In this document: piece by piece, positions 19,303-29,736 of the stretch
Position numbering within the stretch: position 1 is the stretch's first letter
Layout of the letters: each line of letters starts with the position of its first letter
Origin: Candidatus Acidiferrales bacterium
Lineage (GTDB): Bacteria > Acidobacteriota > Terriglobia > Acidiferrales > UBA7541
Length of the DNA: 64,000 bases
Assembly (NCBI GenBank): GCA_044447665.1
Contig: JBIOGB010000021.1
Span: 2,403 to 66,402, forward strand
Direction of reading: 5' to 3'
Made by a program: the position numbers and the translations under genes
The notes under the pieces: model-generated
The model's input: only the letters and a program-made list of their open reading frames with translations
The model's database searches: none
What the model was told of the DNA's origin: nothing

Positions 19303-20367
19303 TCACTTGGATAGTTGCCGCGTGGATTCGCGCACCACCAATTCCGCAGGCACTTTGCGCCGTATCACCGGCACATCGCTCTTCTGTCGCACCGCGTTAA
19401 TCGCGTCCAGCACGATTCCCACGCTCAGCGTTCCCATGACTTCCATCGGCTGCCGCACCGTCGAAAGCGACGGCACGGAAATCGCCGCCTGCGCCACGTC
19501 GTCGAAGCCCATCACGGAACAATCCTCCGGCACGCGTACGCCTTTCTTTTTCAGCGCGCGGAGCGCGCCCAGCGCCGTCATGTCGTCGAACGCCATCAGC
19601 GCGGTGAACGGCTTGCCTCCCCGCAGCAATTCCGCCGTCAGCCTTGCGCCCGCCTCAAAACTCGAATTGGGATCGAGCGATTCCGGCACTTCCGCGATGC
19701 GCTTCCGATCCAGCGCTATCCCGGCGGATTGCGCATAACCCCGAATGCCTTTCCAGCGTTGCCCGCTGCTGGCCAGCGTCTTCGGCCCGCGAATGAAAGC
19801 AATCTCGCGGTGGCCGAGGCGGTGAAGATATTCCAGTGCCGCTCGCGCGCCGGCTTCGTTGTCCACCGACACCGTGCTCACCGTATCAATGTCGATCTCC
19901 CGCCCCACGATGACCGTCGGCACCTGCTTCCGCGTCAAATCGGCAAGCAGTTTGATGTCCATCACCAGCCAATTAGCAATCACGATCAGCGCCTCGACGC
20001 GCCGGTCCAGCAACATTTCCAGATACCGCTCGAAGCGATGCGGCTCGTTGTGCGCGTCCGCCAGCAACGACAAATAATTTCCCTGGTACAGTGAATTTTC
20101 GATCCCCCGCAAAATCGGCGTGCAGTACGGATCGGTGATGTCAAAAACCATCACGCCGACTACGTTCGAGCGCTGGCTCCGCAGCGAGCGCGCCAGCGGA
20201 TTCGGCCGGTAACCCAGCCGTTTCGCCGCCGTCTCGATGCGCTGCTTCGTATCGCTCGGGATATACCGCGCCAGCGGTGCATTGTTTAGAACAATGGAAA
20301 CCGTCGAAGCGGAGTATCCGCTCTTGCGCGCCACATCTCGAATCGTCACGACCGCGCTTTTCGGCAT
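19303..20367 (-). CDS. LacI-family transcriptional regulator
   Basis: 'TIRDVARKSGYSASTVSIVLN...GYRPNPLARSL' HTH plus sugar-binding domain. Confidence 0.93.
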   Translation of the reverse strand: MPKSAVVTIRDVARKSGYSASTVSIVLNNAPLARYIPSDTKQRIETAAKRLGYRPNPLARSLRSQRSNVVGVMVFDITDPYCTPILRGIENSLYQGNYLSLLADAHNEPHRFERYLEMLLDRRVEALIVIANWLVMDIKLLADLTRKQVPTVIVGREIDIDTVSTVSVDNEAGARAALEYLHRLGHREIAFIRGPKTLASSGQRWKGIRGYAQSAGIALDRKRIAEVPESLDPNSSFEAGARLTAELLRGGKPFTALMAFDDMTALGALRALKKKGVRVPEDCSVMGFDDVAQAAISVPSLSTVRQPMEVMGTLSVGIVLDAINAVRQKSDVPVIRRKVPAELVVRESTRQLSK

Positions 20368-20640
20368 GGTGTCCTTTCTGAAATCATTGCGCGGAATGCC
20401 GTGGCATCGGCAAGCTAGGTTCTGGAGCAACGAAGATTCTGTGGGTTCACCGCCGCATCGTCAACCGTTTTTGTACTGCATGCCGGGACTCTGGGCCACA
20501 TCGGTCGCCGCCCGCCAATCGCTCAATTTTCCTCCGCGTCCAATTTCCACCGAATGAGTTACACTACGCCCCATGAACCGCCGCACATTTGTGCAGTCTT
20601 CGATTACGCCACGAATTTCGCGCGGGCGCTGCTGGAGAGT

Positions 20641-21549
20641 CTACGCTTTCCAGGGAGAGAGCTCGTCGAGCGGTGGGATCGAAGCTGGCATCGTCAATGC
20701 GCGCTCGGGTGGCTGTTTTCCGTGCTGAATGGCCTGCACGAACATTTCAATCGCCTGGCCGGCATTCGGAGGCACAAAAACGGTCGCGGCAAGCAACCCG
20801 CTGTGCACCCACGTTTGACCCGTTTTCGGCAAGCCGTCGCAGCCGGTAAAAGGCAGCGCCAGCCACTTTTCCCGGTCAGCTTCATTCGTCAATTCCTGAA
20901 AGGCTTTGCGCGCGCCCATGGCCATCGAATCATCCTGCGCGCCGATCAAGTCCACCGGCATTTTATGCGACGTCGAAAGCATTAACCATGACCGCACCGC
21001 ACGCTGCGCACTATCCTCGGTCCACTGTCCCCTCAACAAAGTCAATTGGATATTCGCGGGTTTGATTTCCTGCATCCCCGCGGTGCGCTCTTTCGCGGCA
21101 GAATTTTCTGTGGGCCCCTGAATATAAAGAACTGAGCCGCCTTTCGGCAGAAATGCGGCAAATTGCTTGCCCTGGATGCGCCCGATTTCAAGGTGATCGG
21201 AACTGACCGCGAAGACCGGCACCGCCGAAGTTTGGCGCAGTTCTGCGATGTAATTTGCGTCCCGGTTCAGCACCGCCCATCCAATTTTTGCCGCGGCCGC
21301 CGCGCGCGCCACCTGTGGGAGCGCGGTGCCGCCGACCGGTTCGAACACGATCGCATCAGGCCGCGTTTCCGCCGGGGCCTGAATGGCTTTCAAAATCTGC
21401 GTGCTTTGATTGATCGCGTCGTTGTCGGCAAAAATGATCTGCGCGTCCACGCCCAGCCTCTTCGCCGCCTGCTCTGCGGATTGTGCCTGTTCGATCTGGT
21501 AGTCGTTGTCGTTGGTAGTCAGAGAGACTAGAAATCTGATCTTTTTCAT
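20641..21549 (-). CDS. Periplasmic-binding-protein type I (RbsB-like) domain protein without evident signal peptide
   Basis: RbsB-like 'DHLEIGRIQG', 'AQDDSMAMGA', 'TGCDG'. No hydrophobic N-terminal signal. Confidence 0.75.
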   Translation of the reverse strand: MKKIRFLVSLTTNDNDYQIEQAQSAEQAAKRLGVDAQIIFADNDAINQSTQILKAIQAPAETRPDAIVFEPVGGTALPQVARAAAAAKIGWAVLNRDANYIAELRQTSAVPVFAVSSDHLEIGRIQGKQFAAFLPKGGSVLYIQGPTENSAAKERTAGMQEIKPANIQLTLLRGQWTEDSAQRAVRSWLMLSTSHKMPVDLIGAQDDSMAMGARKAFQELTNEADREKWLALPFTGCDGLPKTGQTWVHSGLLAATVFVPPNAGQAIEMFVQAIQHGKQPPERALTMPASIPPLDELSPWKA

Positions 21550-21819
21550 GGCCCCGCCGCTTGCACCCTACTCGCCTCGACGCCTTTCTACGATACACTT
21601 TGCCGGTGCTGAATCCATCGAATCGTGGCGCGGTGTGTCATCAAAGCAAATCGGGGTCACATGGTCGTCAAGACACCGGGAAGATAAATTCGTACGCAGA
21701 AAAGCCGTCCGCGCATCCATTCATTAACGCTTATGCCAAAATTGGCGCCAAAGCTGCTTTCGGGACAAGAAATACGGCTAATCTGATGGCGATCCCAGTG
21801 CGCTGACGGAGAACTTTCC

Positions 21820-24800
21820 ATGCCCGAGCAGGAAACCAACTGGCGGCGTGGCTTCTGGAGCCTGATCGCCACTCAGTTTCAGGGCGCGTTCAACGAAAAC
21901 GGCCTGAAAAGTCTCGTCTTCTTCCTCATCCTGGCAATGCATTTGAAGCCGGAGGAGGAAAACAATCGGGTCTTTGTCCTCAATCTCCTTTTTTCCGTGC
22001 CCTTCATCCTGTTCTCGATGACCGGCGGGTATCTCGCCGATCGCTTCAGCAAACGAACGGTCACCATCGGAACTAAGCTGTTCGAGATGGCGGTGATGCT
22101 CCTGGCGATCGTGGCATTTGCGCAGGAGAACTTGCCGCTCGCCCTGGCCTCAGTGTTTCTGGCCAGCACACAGGCCGCTCTTTTCGGCCCTTCGAAGTAC
22201 GGCCTGCTGCCGGAACTTCTGCCGCAAGAGGAGCTGTCCTGGGGCAATGGTGTCATCGAACTGGGAACGTTTCTCGCGATTATTTCGGCTGTCATCGCGG
22301 CCGGATTCCTGTCCGACACATTCCGCGGCCGCCAGGCGATTTCCGGGCTGTTATTTCTGGGTGGCGCGGTGGCAGGCCTCGCTTGTGCCTTTGCGATTAC
22401 GCGTGTTCCTGCCGCAGATCCCTCAAGAACTTTCCGGGCCAACGTGTTCGGCGATCTGTGGGCGCAAGGCCGCTTGATCCGTGCAGACCGCGTTCTGTGG
22501 CTTGCGGTTCTGGGCAACACCTACTTCTGGTTCTTCGGAGCACTCCTGCAGAACAATGTGATTTTTTACGGCGAAAGACTCCTGAGGATCGACAGCTCCC
22601 GCACCGGCCCGCTCCTGGCCTCAGTCGCCATCGGCATCGGCGTGGGCAGTTTGGCGGCAGGTTTTCTTTCCGGGGGGAAAATCGAGTACGGACTGATTCC
22701 TCTTGGCGCGCTTGGCATGACGGTCTTTGGCTTCGCGCTATCCGTTCCTGGCCTTTCTTTCGTTCAGGTGCTGATACTGCTGGCTGCACTGGGCTTTGCC
22801 GGTGGATTTTTCATTGTCCCCATCAACGCGCTGATTCAGCACCGTCCGGAAGAACAGCACAAAGGAGGCGTGATTGCCTCAGCGAATTTGCTTTCTTTTG
22901 CGGGGATCGGCGCAGCGGGCGCGCTCTACTACGCGTTGACGAACTACTTGCACCTTGACCCTGCAGGAGTTTTTCACTGGGCGGCTTTGGGCACGGTCGT
23001 TGCCGCTGCTTATGTGTTGTACTTGCTTCCCGATTCACTCTTACGCCTTCTGCTCTGGTTTGCGACGCATACGCTCTACCGCATGGACATTCAGGGCCGC
23101 GAACACGTTCCAGTGCGCGGCGGCGCGTTGCTGGCTCCGAATCACGGCTCCATCGCCGACGCCGCGCTGGTGATTGCTTCCACCGATCGTCCCGTGCGTT
23201 TTCTCATGTTCAAAGAATCCTACGAATCTGCCTTGATCAAGCCCTTCGCAAAAATCCTTGGCGTAATTCCGATCTCCTCGCAGCAGAGGCCTCGCGAGAT
23301 GATTCACTCGTTGCGCGAAGCCAGCGAAGCGCTACGCAACGGCGAGCTCGTATGCATTTTCCCGGAAGGCCAAATGACGCGCATCGGCCAGATGCTTCCC
23401 TTCCGCCGAGGCATGGAACGCATTGTAAAGGGCCTAGATGTGCCGATCATCCCCGTGAATATCGACGGCATCTGGGGATCGATTTTCAGTTTTTCGGGAG
23501 GCCGATTTTTCTGGAAACTTCCCCGGCGGATTCCCTATCCCGTTCGCGTCACCTTCGGAAAACCGCTGTCTCCGACAGCAACGGCGCAGGAAGTGCGTCA
23601 GGTTGTTCAAGAATTGGGAGTGGAAGCGTTTCTGCGCCGCAAGCGCTACATGAAAACGCTGACGCGCTCGTTTATCCAAACTGCGCGGCGGCATCCGCTG
23701 CGCTTCGCCATGGCCGACCGGCGAACGCCGCGGCTTCGTTTCTTCTCAGTACTGGTCAAATCCATTTTCCTCGCCCGGCGATTGCGCAAGCACTGGGACG
23801 GCCAGCGAATGATCGGAATTTTACTTCCTCCGTCGATTCCGGGGGCGCTGGTGAATCTTGCCGCTTTGCTGATGGGCAAAGTGCCCGTCAATCTCAACTA
23901 CACTGCGTCAAACGAAACGCTGGCGTCCTGCGCGGAACAGTGCGGACTGAAAACAGTAGTCACCTCGCGGCTCTTTCTCGACAAAATTCACGTGCAGCCG
24001 CCGGGAGAAACCATTTTTGTGGAAGACCTGGCGAAAAGACCGCGGCTCGGGGAGCGGCTGGCCGCGTTGTTCGCGGCTTGTTTTCTGCCCGCGAACGGAA
24101 TTGAAAAAGTTGCCGGCGCCGAACGCAAGACCGAGCTTGATGAAGTGGCCACGATTATTTTCTCGAGCGGCTCGACGGGAGAACCCAAGGGCGTTGTGCT
24201 AACGCACTACAACGTCGCGTCCAACGTGGAGCAGCTCAACCAGGTCTTCATGCTGAAGGCCGACGACCGCATTCTCGGCATTCTTCCCTTCTTTCACTCG
24301 TTTGGCTTCACGGGCACCCTGAGTTTGCCGATGGCGGTCGGTGTGGGCGTTGTTTTTCATCCGAATCCTCTCGAATCGCGCGCGATTGGTGCGCTCATCA
24401 GCCAGCATGGTGTCACCATGCTGCTGGCGACTCCCACTTTCCTGAACGCCTACGCACGGCGGTGTTCGCCGGAAGATTTTGGCAGCTTGCGCTTCGTCAT
24501 GGCGGGCGCGGAAAAACTTCCCGAACGGATTTCCCAAGCGTTCGAAGACCAGTTCGGCATCCGCCCGCTCGAAGGATACGGCTGCACCGAATGTTCTCCG
24601 GCGGTTGCCGTGAATACGCACGATTTTCGCGCCGCTTTTTTCCGCCAGGTCGGAGCGAAGCGCGGCACCATCGGCCATCCGCTTCCGGGGATGAGCGTGC
24701 GGATCGTGGACCCGGAAACGCGCCAGCCTCTCCCCACGAATCAGCCCGGTTTGCTCTTCGTGCGCGGCCCTAACGTGATGCAAGGCTATTTGAATCGCCC

Positions 24801-25227
24801 CGAGAAAACTGCCGAGGTCTTGATCGATGGCTGGTACAACACCGGCGACATCGCGGCGATGGATGAAGACGGGTTTATCCGCATCACGGACCGCTTGAGC
24901 CGCTTCAGCAAAATCGGCGGAGAAATGGTCCCGCACATCAAGATCGAAGACAAGCTGCACGAACTGGCCGAAGCAACCGAACAAGTATTTGCCGTGACCT
25001 CCATTCCGGATGAAAAGAAGGGCGAGCGGCTTATCGTTCTTCACACACTGCCAGAAGGAAGCCTGCGCGAATGCCTGAACCGGCTGGCGAAGAGCGATCT
25101 GCCAGCGCTCTGGAAACCGCGGCCCGACCAGTTTCTCCAGATTGAGAACCTGCCCTATCTGGGAACCGGCAAGCTGGACTTGCGCCGGCTGCGCGAGCTG
25201 GCGCTGGAATTGGCGCAGCAGGATTGA
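21820..25227 (+). CDS. MFS (LplT)-acyltransferase-acyl-ACP synthetase fusion (Aas-like, lysophospholipid recycling)
   Basis: N-terminal MFS 'ATQFQGAFNEN...GYLADRFSK', PlsC 'NHGSIAD' and 'FPEG', AMP-binding 'FSSGSTGEPKG' and 'EGYGCTE'. Confidence 0.92.
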   Translation: MPEQETNWRRGFWSLIATQFQGAFNENGLKSLVFFLILAMHLKPEEENNRVFVLNLLFSVPFILFSMTGGYLADRFSKRTVTIGTKLFEMAVMLLAIVAFAQENLPLALASVFLASTQAALFGPSKYGLLPELLPQEELSWGNGVIELGTFLAIISAVIAAGFLSDTFRGRQAISGLLFLGGAVAGLACAFAITRVPAADPSRTFRANVFGDLWAQGRLIRADRVLWLAVLGNTYFWFFGALLQNNVIFYGERLLRIDSSRTGPLLASVAIGIGVGSLAAGFLSGGKIEYGLIPLGALGMTVFGFALSVPGLSFVQVLILLAALGFAGGFFIVPINALIQHRPEEQHKGGVIASANLLSFAGIGAAGALYYALTNYLHLDPAGVFHWAALGTVVAAAYVLYLLPDSLLRLLLWFATHTLYRMDIQGREHVPVRGGALLAPNHGSIADAALVIASTDRPVRFLMFKESYESALIKPFAKILGVIPISSQQRPREMIHSLREASEALRNGELVCIFPEGQMTRIGQMLPFRRGMERIVKGLDVPIIPVNIDGIWGSIFSFSGGRFFWKLPRRIPYPVRVTFGKPLSPTATAQEVRQVVQELGVEAFLRRKRYMKTLTRSFIQTARRHPLRFAMADRRTPRLRFFSVLVKSIFLARRLRKHWDGQRMIGILLPPSIPGALVNLAALLMGKVPVNLNYTASNETLASCAEQCGLKTVVTSRLFLDKIHVQPPGETIFVEDLAKRPRLGERLAALFAACFLPANGIEKVAGAERKTELDEVATIIFSSGSTGEPKGVVLTHYNVASNVEQLNQVFMLKADDRILGILPFFHSFGFTGTLSLPMAVGVGVVFHPNPLESRAIGALISQHGVTMLLATPTFLNAYARRCSPEDFGSLRFVMAGAEKLPERISQAFEDQFGIRPLEGYGCTECSPAVAVNTHDFRAAFFRQVGAKRGTIGHPLPGMSVRIVDPETRQPLPTNQPGLLFVRGPNVMQGYLNRPEKTAEVLIDGWYNTGDIAAMDEDGFIRITDRLSRFSKIGGEMVPHIKIEDKLHELAEATEQVFAVTSIPDEKKGERLIVLHTLPEGSLRECLNRLAKSDLPALWKPRPDQFLQIENLPYLGTGKLDLRRLRELALELAQQD

Positions 25228-25255
25228 AATTGCTCGCAAAGCGCCGCTGAAATGG

Positions 25256-25265
25256 GTAACGTTAC
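25256..25265. promoter_or_regulatory. Possible LacI-family operator GTAACGTTAC
   Basis: Perfect intergenic palindrome with a central CG, upstream of the cupin gene. Confidence 0.3.
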
Positions 25266-25392
25266 TGCGGAATTCCGCGCATCGTGAAACTTGCGGATGC
25301 TTCGATCACGAATGCGGAAAATTCGCTTCCCCGGCGCAACCTGGCCGCAGGCCGAACGGTTGGGATTTGGCTCACCTTCACAGGAGGAAAGC

Positions 25393-25860
25393 ATGCTCAC
25401 TTCGCACAAGCCCCCGCGCTACTGGCTCGTGGCTTTCGCAATGGCGACGGCCGTCTCGCTCGGAGCCGCAAAAACCGCGGATCTGAACCCCGCCGCGATC
25501 GCCTACAAATTGCCGGATCAGATCAAATGGACCGATGAGCCCATCGGCTCAAAGCACGCTGTTGTACTGGGCGATCCCGAGAAACCAGGACTCTACATCG
25601 TCCTTGTCAAATGGACTGCCCACCACATGAGCCGTCCGCACTTTCACCCCAATGATCGGTTCATCACAGTGTTGTCGGGCACGTGGTGGGTGGGCACTGG
25701 CACCAAGTTCGATCCGGACAACACGGTGCCGTTGCCGGCGGGCAGTGTGGTCACGCACTTTGGGAAGCAAGTTCATTACGATGGAGCAAAGGACGGGGAC
25801 GCGGTGTTAGAAATCGTTGGTGAGGGGCCTGCGACGGCGACGCCGGCCGAGGAGAAGTAG
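25393..25860 (+). CDS. Secreted cupin-domain protein
   Basis: AGGAGG RBS, signal peptide, 'PHFHPNDRFITVLSGTW...VHYDGA'. Confidence 0.82.
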   Translation: MLTSHKPPRYWLVAFAMATAVSLGAAKTADLNPAAIAYKLPDQIKWTDEPIGSKHAVVLGDPEKPGLYIVLVKWTAHHMSRPHFHPNDRFITVLSGTWWVGTGTKFDPDNTVPLPAGSVVTHFGKQVHYDGAKDGDAVLEIVGEGPATATPAEEK

Positions 25861-25915
25861 TTGTTTTGCTGTGGTGGCGCGTCTCGCAGCGCTGGTGGAT
25901 CTCCCGGCGCTCGCT

Positions 25916-26884
25916 TCAAAATCTGTAGAGCTTAGCTGGGTTGTCCACCAAGATGGTCTTGCGCTGCGCGGCATCCGGAGCCCAGACGGCGAGCTGATTG
26001 AACAGGCAGCCGTCGTCGATTTGAAGCAACGGCGTGATCTCCGTTGGTTTGCGGCCGGGAATTTGCGCAGGGTGCGGCCAATCCGTCCCCCACAAAATGC
26101 GCTGCGGATTCGCGGCGATCAGGGCTTTCGCTAGAGGCGCGACGTCGGGGTAGTCCGGCGCTTGCTTGGAAATGCGGTATGCCGCGGAGATTTTTACGTA
26201 AGCTTTCCCCTTTTGCACGAGCTTCACGAGAGTATCGAAGCCAGGCTGCTGGATGCCGAGCGCCGCCTGCGCTCCTCCGAAGTGATCGAAGACGACCGGA
26301 ACGGGCGCGGCGAGGACTTGGCCGGCAAGACTTTCGATTACGGAGAGGCGCGTGTAGATCTGCACATGCCAGTTGCGGCCGCGGATGCGTTCGATCGCGA
26401 CCTTGAAACACTGACGGGCGAGCGTGGGATCCGTCAGGCCAGCGGTTTCGAGATTGATGCGTATTCCCCGAATGCCGCCGCGATCCATTTCATCGAGCGA
26501 GGTGTCCGATGTCTTATCATCAATGACGGCGATGCCGCGAGCGCTGGAGCCGAACTGCCTTATCGCATCGAGCGTGCAAGCGTTATCCGTGCCGTAGACG
26601 CTGGGATGCACGACGACGACGCGGTCCGTGTGCAGTGCCCGATGCAGGGAACGCATTTCGTCGATCGAGGCGGGCTCGGGCGTGTAGACGCGCGCGGGCG
26701 TAAAGGAGAAGCGCTGCGGATCTCCGAAGATGTGCGTGTGGGAGTCGCAGGCGCCCGCCGGAACCTCGAAATTGACTGGTGTGGAGGGCTGCGAAGCGGA
26801 GGCAAGAACAATTGTCGCCGGCCGGACGAGCGCGGCAGCTCCGGTTGCTGCAGCTCCAATCAGAACCTCGCGCCGCGATAGCAT
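25916..26884 (-). CDS. Tat-exported amidohydrolase (2-pyrone-4,6-dicarboxylate lactonase-like)
   Basis: 'SRREVL' Tat motif, 'CDSHTH', 'PSVYGTDN', 'FDHFG', 'WGTDWPHP'. Confidence 0.85.
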   Translation of the reverse strand: MLSRREVLIGAAATGAAALVRPATIVLASASQPSTPVNFEVPAGACDSHTHIFGDPQRFSFTPARVYTPEPASIDEMRSLHRALHTDRVVVVHPSVYGTDNACTLDAIRQFGSSARGIAVIDDKTSDTSLDEMDRGGIRGIRINLETAGLTDPTLARQCFKVAIERIRGRNWHVQIYTRLSVIESLAGQVLAAPVPVVFDHFGGAQAALGIQQPGFDTLVKLVQKGKAYVKISAAYRISKQAPDYPDVAPLAKALIAANPQRILWGTDWPHPAQIPGRKPTEITPLLQIDDGCLFNQLAVWAPDAAQRKTILVDNPAKLYRF

Positions 26885-27099
26885 GCGAATCCGCCTTTTC
26901 ATTGGGACCGGCGCTATCGAATGGACCTATGCGCCGGAAGACGGATGGTATATCAGGCGGTGCAGGCGCGGAACAAAAACTTCTCAGCAAAGATGAGTGA
27001 GATCCGGACGAAGACTTGGGTGAGTCCCTCCCGTTTCCAAAATGGCTTTCCAAGATATACTGCGGGCTTTCCAGGATTGTGCGAAGGATAGGAGGACGT

Positions 27100-28548
27100 A
27101 TGCGGCGGAATCACGGCGCTCTGGCCGGATCAGAAGTGCTCTGCATTCTTGCGTGGGGGCTGACGGTCTTCGTCCCTGCAAGCGCGTCAGCGCAGCAGCA
27201 GACCGAAAAGAAAAATATGGAACTGGCGGGTTACCACGACCTGCAAGGCCGCAGCGCCTATCAACCCGTGATCCACCGGCAAGGTGAGCGCTGGATCGCC
27301 TACATCGGCCATCATGGCGGCTCGCAATTGAACACGATCACGGGCAAGCAGGAAAGCAACGGTACCTCGATCCTCGACGTCACCGATCCAAAACTGCCGA
27401 AGTATCTTGCGCATATTCCCGGTGAGCCCGGCACCGCGGGCAGGTCCGAAGCCGGTGGAGCGCAAATGGTGCGCGTGTGCGACGGCAGCTCCCTGCCACA
27501 TGCGGACAAGAGCAAAGTGTATTTGCTGCGTACCTTCGGCAACTCCGCGCATGAAATTTGGGATGTAACCAACCCGGCGAATCCGAATCGTCTGACGGTC
27601 ATCGTCAGCGGGCTCCGCGACACGCACAAAAGCTGGTGGGAGTGCGACACCGGCATTGCCTATCTTGTCTCGGGCTTGCCCGACTGGCGCACGCGCCGCA
27701 TGGCGCAGATCTACGATCTAAGCGATCCGGCGAAGCCGGTATTTATCCGCAATTTCGGCTTGCCCGGCCAGCAGCCCGGCGCGACAGGTCCGGCGCCAAG
27801 CGATCTGCATGGGCCAATTTCCACCGGGCCAAAAAGTAATCGCGTGTATTTTGCCTACGGTCCGACGGGTGGCGGCATCTTGCAAATCGTGGACCGCGAA
27901 AAGCTCCTGAATGGGCCTAAAGAGCCGACCGACGAGAATCTCCTCTATCCGCAAGTAGCGCGGCTCGATCTTCCTCCGGAAGCGGGCGCCCACACCGCTT
28001 TCCCTCTTCTCGGCGTGGAGGTCGCCGAGTTTTCTAAAAACAAAAATGGAAAGGTGCGGGATTTCGTGGTGATCTCCGGCGAGGCGATGGCCAATGAGTG
28101 CCTCGAGTCCCGGCAGATGGTCCGGATCGTCGACATCACCACGGAGTCGCGGCCTCTCGGCGTCTCGACCTGGACAGTCCCCGAGGCCAGCGGGAATTTC
28201 TGCAGCCGCGGCGGGCGCTTCGGCACGCATTCCTCGAACGAGAGCTTCACCCCGATCTACTACAAGCGCGTCATTTTTTTCGCGCATTTCAACGCCGGCG
28301 TGCGCGCCCTCGACGTCCGCGATCCATTCCATCCGAGAGAAATCGGCTATTACATTCCCGCCGTCACCGACAAAACGGACAAGCGCTGCGTCGGCACCGG
28401 CGCGGAAGAGCGCTGCAAAGTCGCCATCCAGACTAACAATGTGGAAGTGGACGACCGCGGCTACATTTACATCACGGACCGCGCCAATACGGGCTTGCAC
28501 ATTCTTGAGCTCACCGGCACGGCGCGTGAAGTCGCCAAGTTCCCCTGA
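27100..28548 (+). CDS. Secreted LVIVD-repeat beta-propeller protein
   Basis: GGAGG RBS, signal-like N-terminus, repeated 'ILDVTDPKLP', 'IWDVTNPANP', 'IYDLSDPAKP', 'ALDVRDPFHP'. Confidence 0.8.
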   Translation: MRRNHGALAGSEVLCILAWGLTVFVPASASAQQQTEKKNMELAGYHDLQGRSAYQPVIHRQGERWIAYIGHHGGSQLNTITGKQESNGTSILDVTDPKLPKYLAHIPGEPGTAGRSEAGGAQMVRVCDGSSLPHADKSKVYLLRTFGNSAHEIWDVTNPANPNRLTVIVSGLRDTHKSWWECDTGIAYLVSGLPDWRTRRMAQIYDLSDPAKPVFIRNFGLPGQQPGATGPAPSDLHGPISTGPKSNRVYFAYGPTGGGILQIVDREKLLNGPKEPTDENLLYPQVARLDLPPEAGAHTAFPLLGVEVAEFSKNKNGKVRDFVVISGEAMANECLESRQMVRIVDITTESRPLGVSTWTVPEASGNFCSRGGRFGTHSSNESFTPIYYKRVIFFAHFNAGVRALDVRDPFHPREIGYYIPAVTDKTDKRCVGTGAEERCKVAIQTNNVEVDDRGYIYITDRANTGLHILELTGTAREVAKFP

Positions 28549-28838
28549 GACGCGCCCGGGCGGTGAATCAGTGGTTTAAATTTCCAGTAACTTTTTGCAC
28601 CCCTCGCGGTGAGCGAGATCTCCTCGCTCCCGCGCCTGTCCGTAAACTGAATCTGGGCGCAACATGTGGACCTATATTCTTGGGCCATTCCTCTCGCTTC
28701 TGCCAAAGCGTTGGCGCAAATCCTTTCGATTCGACTCGTCCAGCCATTGGGCGCGGGCTGCTGCGATTAGTGGTCTTGCGGAGTCTGTCGCCGCCGTCAT
28801 CGCGCTGATGTACTGATATTCCTACTCGGCTCTGTTCT

Positions 28839-29399
28839 TCATCCGAGCCAGTGGATCTCCGCAGGCTCTCGCCCGCGAGATTCCGGCCATGCTTTGGGAT
28901 GGCCAAGAATAATGGGCGCAACCACATGGAATCTCTCGGGTAATTTGAGCTCCGCCTTGGTCGATGACAGATTAAGCCAGGGACGCGCAAGGCCAATCCA
29001 GCAAGTGCCCAGCCCTTCGTTGCGAGCCGCGAGCATCAGGTTTTGAGCTGCCAGGCAACAATCTTCCGCAGCTTGAACCTCGGAAGATTTGGCCAGCACC
29101 ATCACAAGTGAAGGCGCGTGATAGAACATCACAAAAGCTGGATCCTCAAGCATCTGGCGGAGACGCGGCTCAAATGAAGTCTGCGAGAAATTTGCAAGCG
29201 TCCAAGCCTTGACGCGTTTACCATTGTCATTGATCCGGTCGCGATCGAGAAGCACAGCAAACGCCCACGGTTGCGCGTTTGTCGCGCTCGGTGCCAGGAT
29301 TGCAGCATCTATCAGGCGTCCCACGGTCGACCGCTCAACGCTCGCGTTCGTATACTCTCGAACCGCGCGGCGATTCCTCATAACTTCCATCAGATCCAT
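28839..29399 (-). CDS. Nitroreductase family protein
   Basis: 'RRAVREY', 'APSATNAQPW', 'AQNLMLAARNEGLGTCWIG'. Confidence 0.9.
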   Translation of the reverse strand: MDLMEVMRNRRAVREYTNASVERSTVGRLIDAAILAPSATNAQPWAFAVLLDRDRINDNGKRVKAWTLANFSQTSFEPRLRQMLEDPAFVMFYHAPSLVMVLAKSSEVQAAEDCCLAAQNLMLAARNEGLGTCWIGLARPWLNLSSTKAELKLPERFHVVAPIILGHPKAWPESRGREPAEIHWLG

Positions 29400-29653
29400 G
29401 AGCTCCTCCCCGGATCCAGATGACTCTCAAAGACACCTCTGCTCGTTTGTTCAGAGGCCTTCCGTGTCCTTCGTCCACCGCGATTGCAGAGATAGTGCGA
29501 AAGCCTCGCCGACCTGACTAGACGTCGCTTTCTCAGGCCAAGCCTCTAAAATTCGGGATAGGGTTCCAAGGTGTAGGGCAATGGGTGCACTTCCCTGGCT
29601 TGCCTCTTCCGTCTAACCGGCTGATGCCTCTTGGCACTCTCCAGCGATTTGAA

Positions 29654-29707
29654 AAGCTGACAGAATCCCGCAAGCAAATCAGTGATGAGGATCACGGCAG
29701 TGCGTGA
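29654..29707 (-). promoter_or_regulatory. CRP/FNR-like box GTGA-tgagga-TCAC (29682-29695), half-site GTGA at 29704, -10-like TGtCAGCTT
   Basis: Same 22-bp tandem spacing and box-to--10 distance as six other island promoters. Confidence 0.6.
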
Positions 29708-29736
29708 TCGTAGGTTGGCAGGAATTGTGGCACAAC

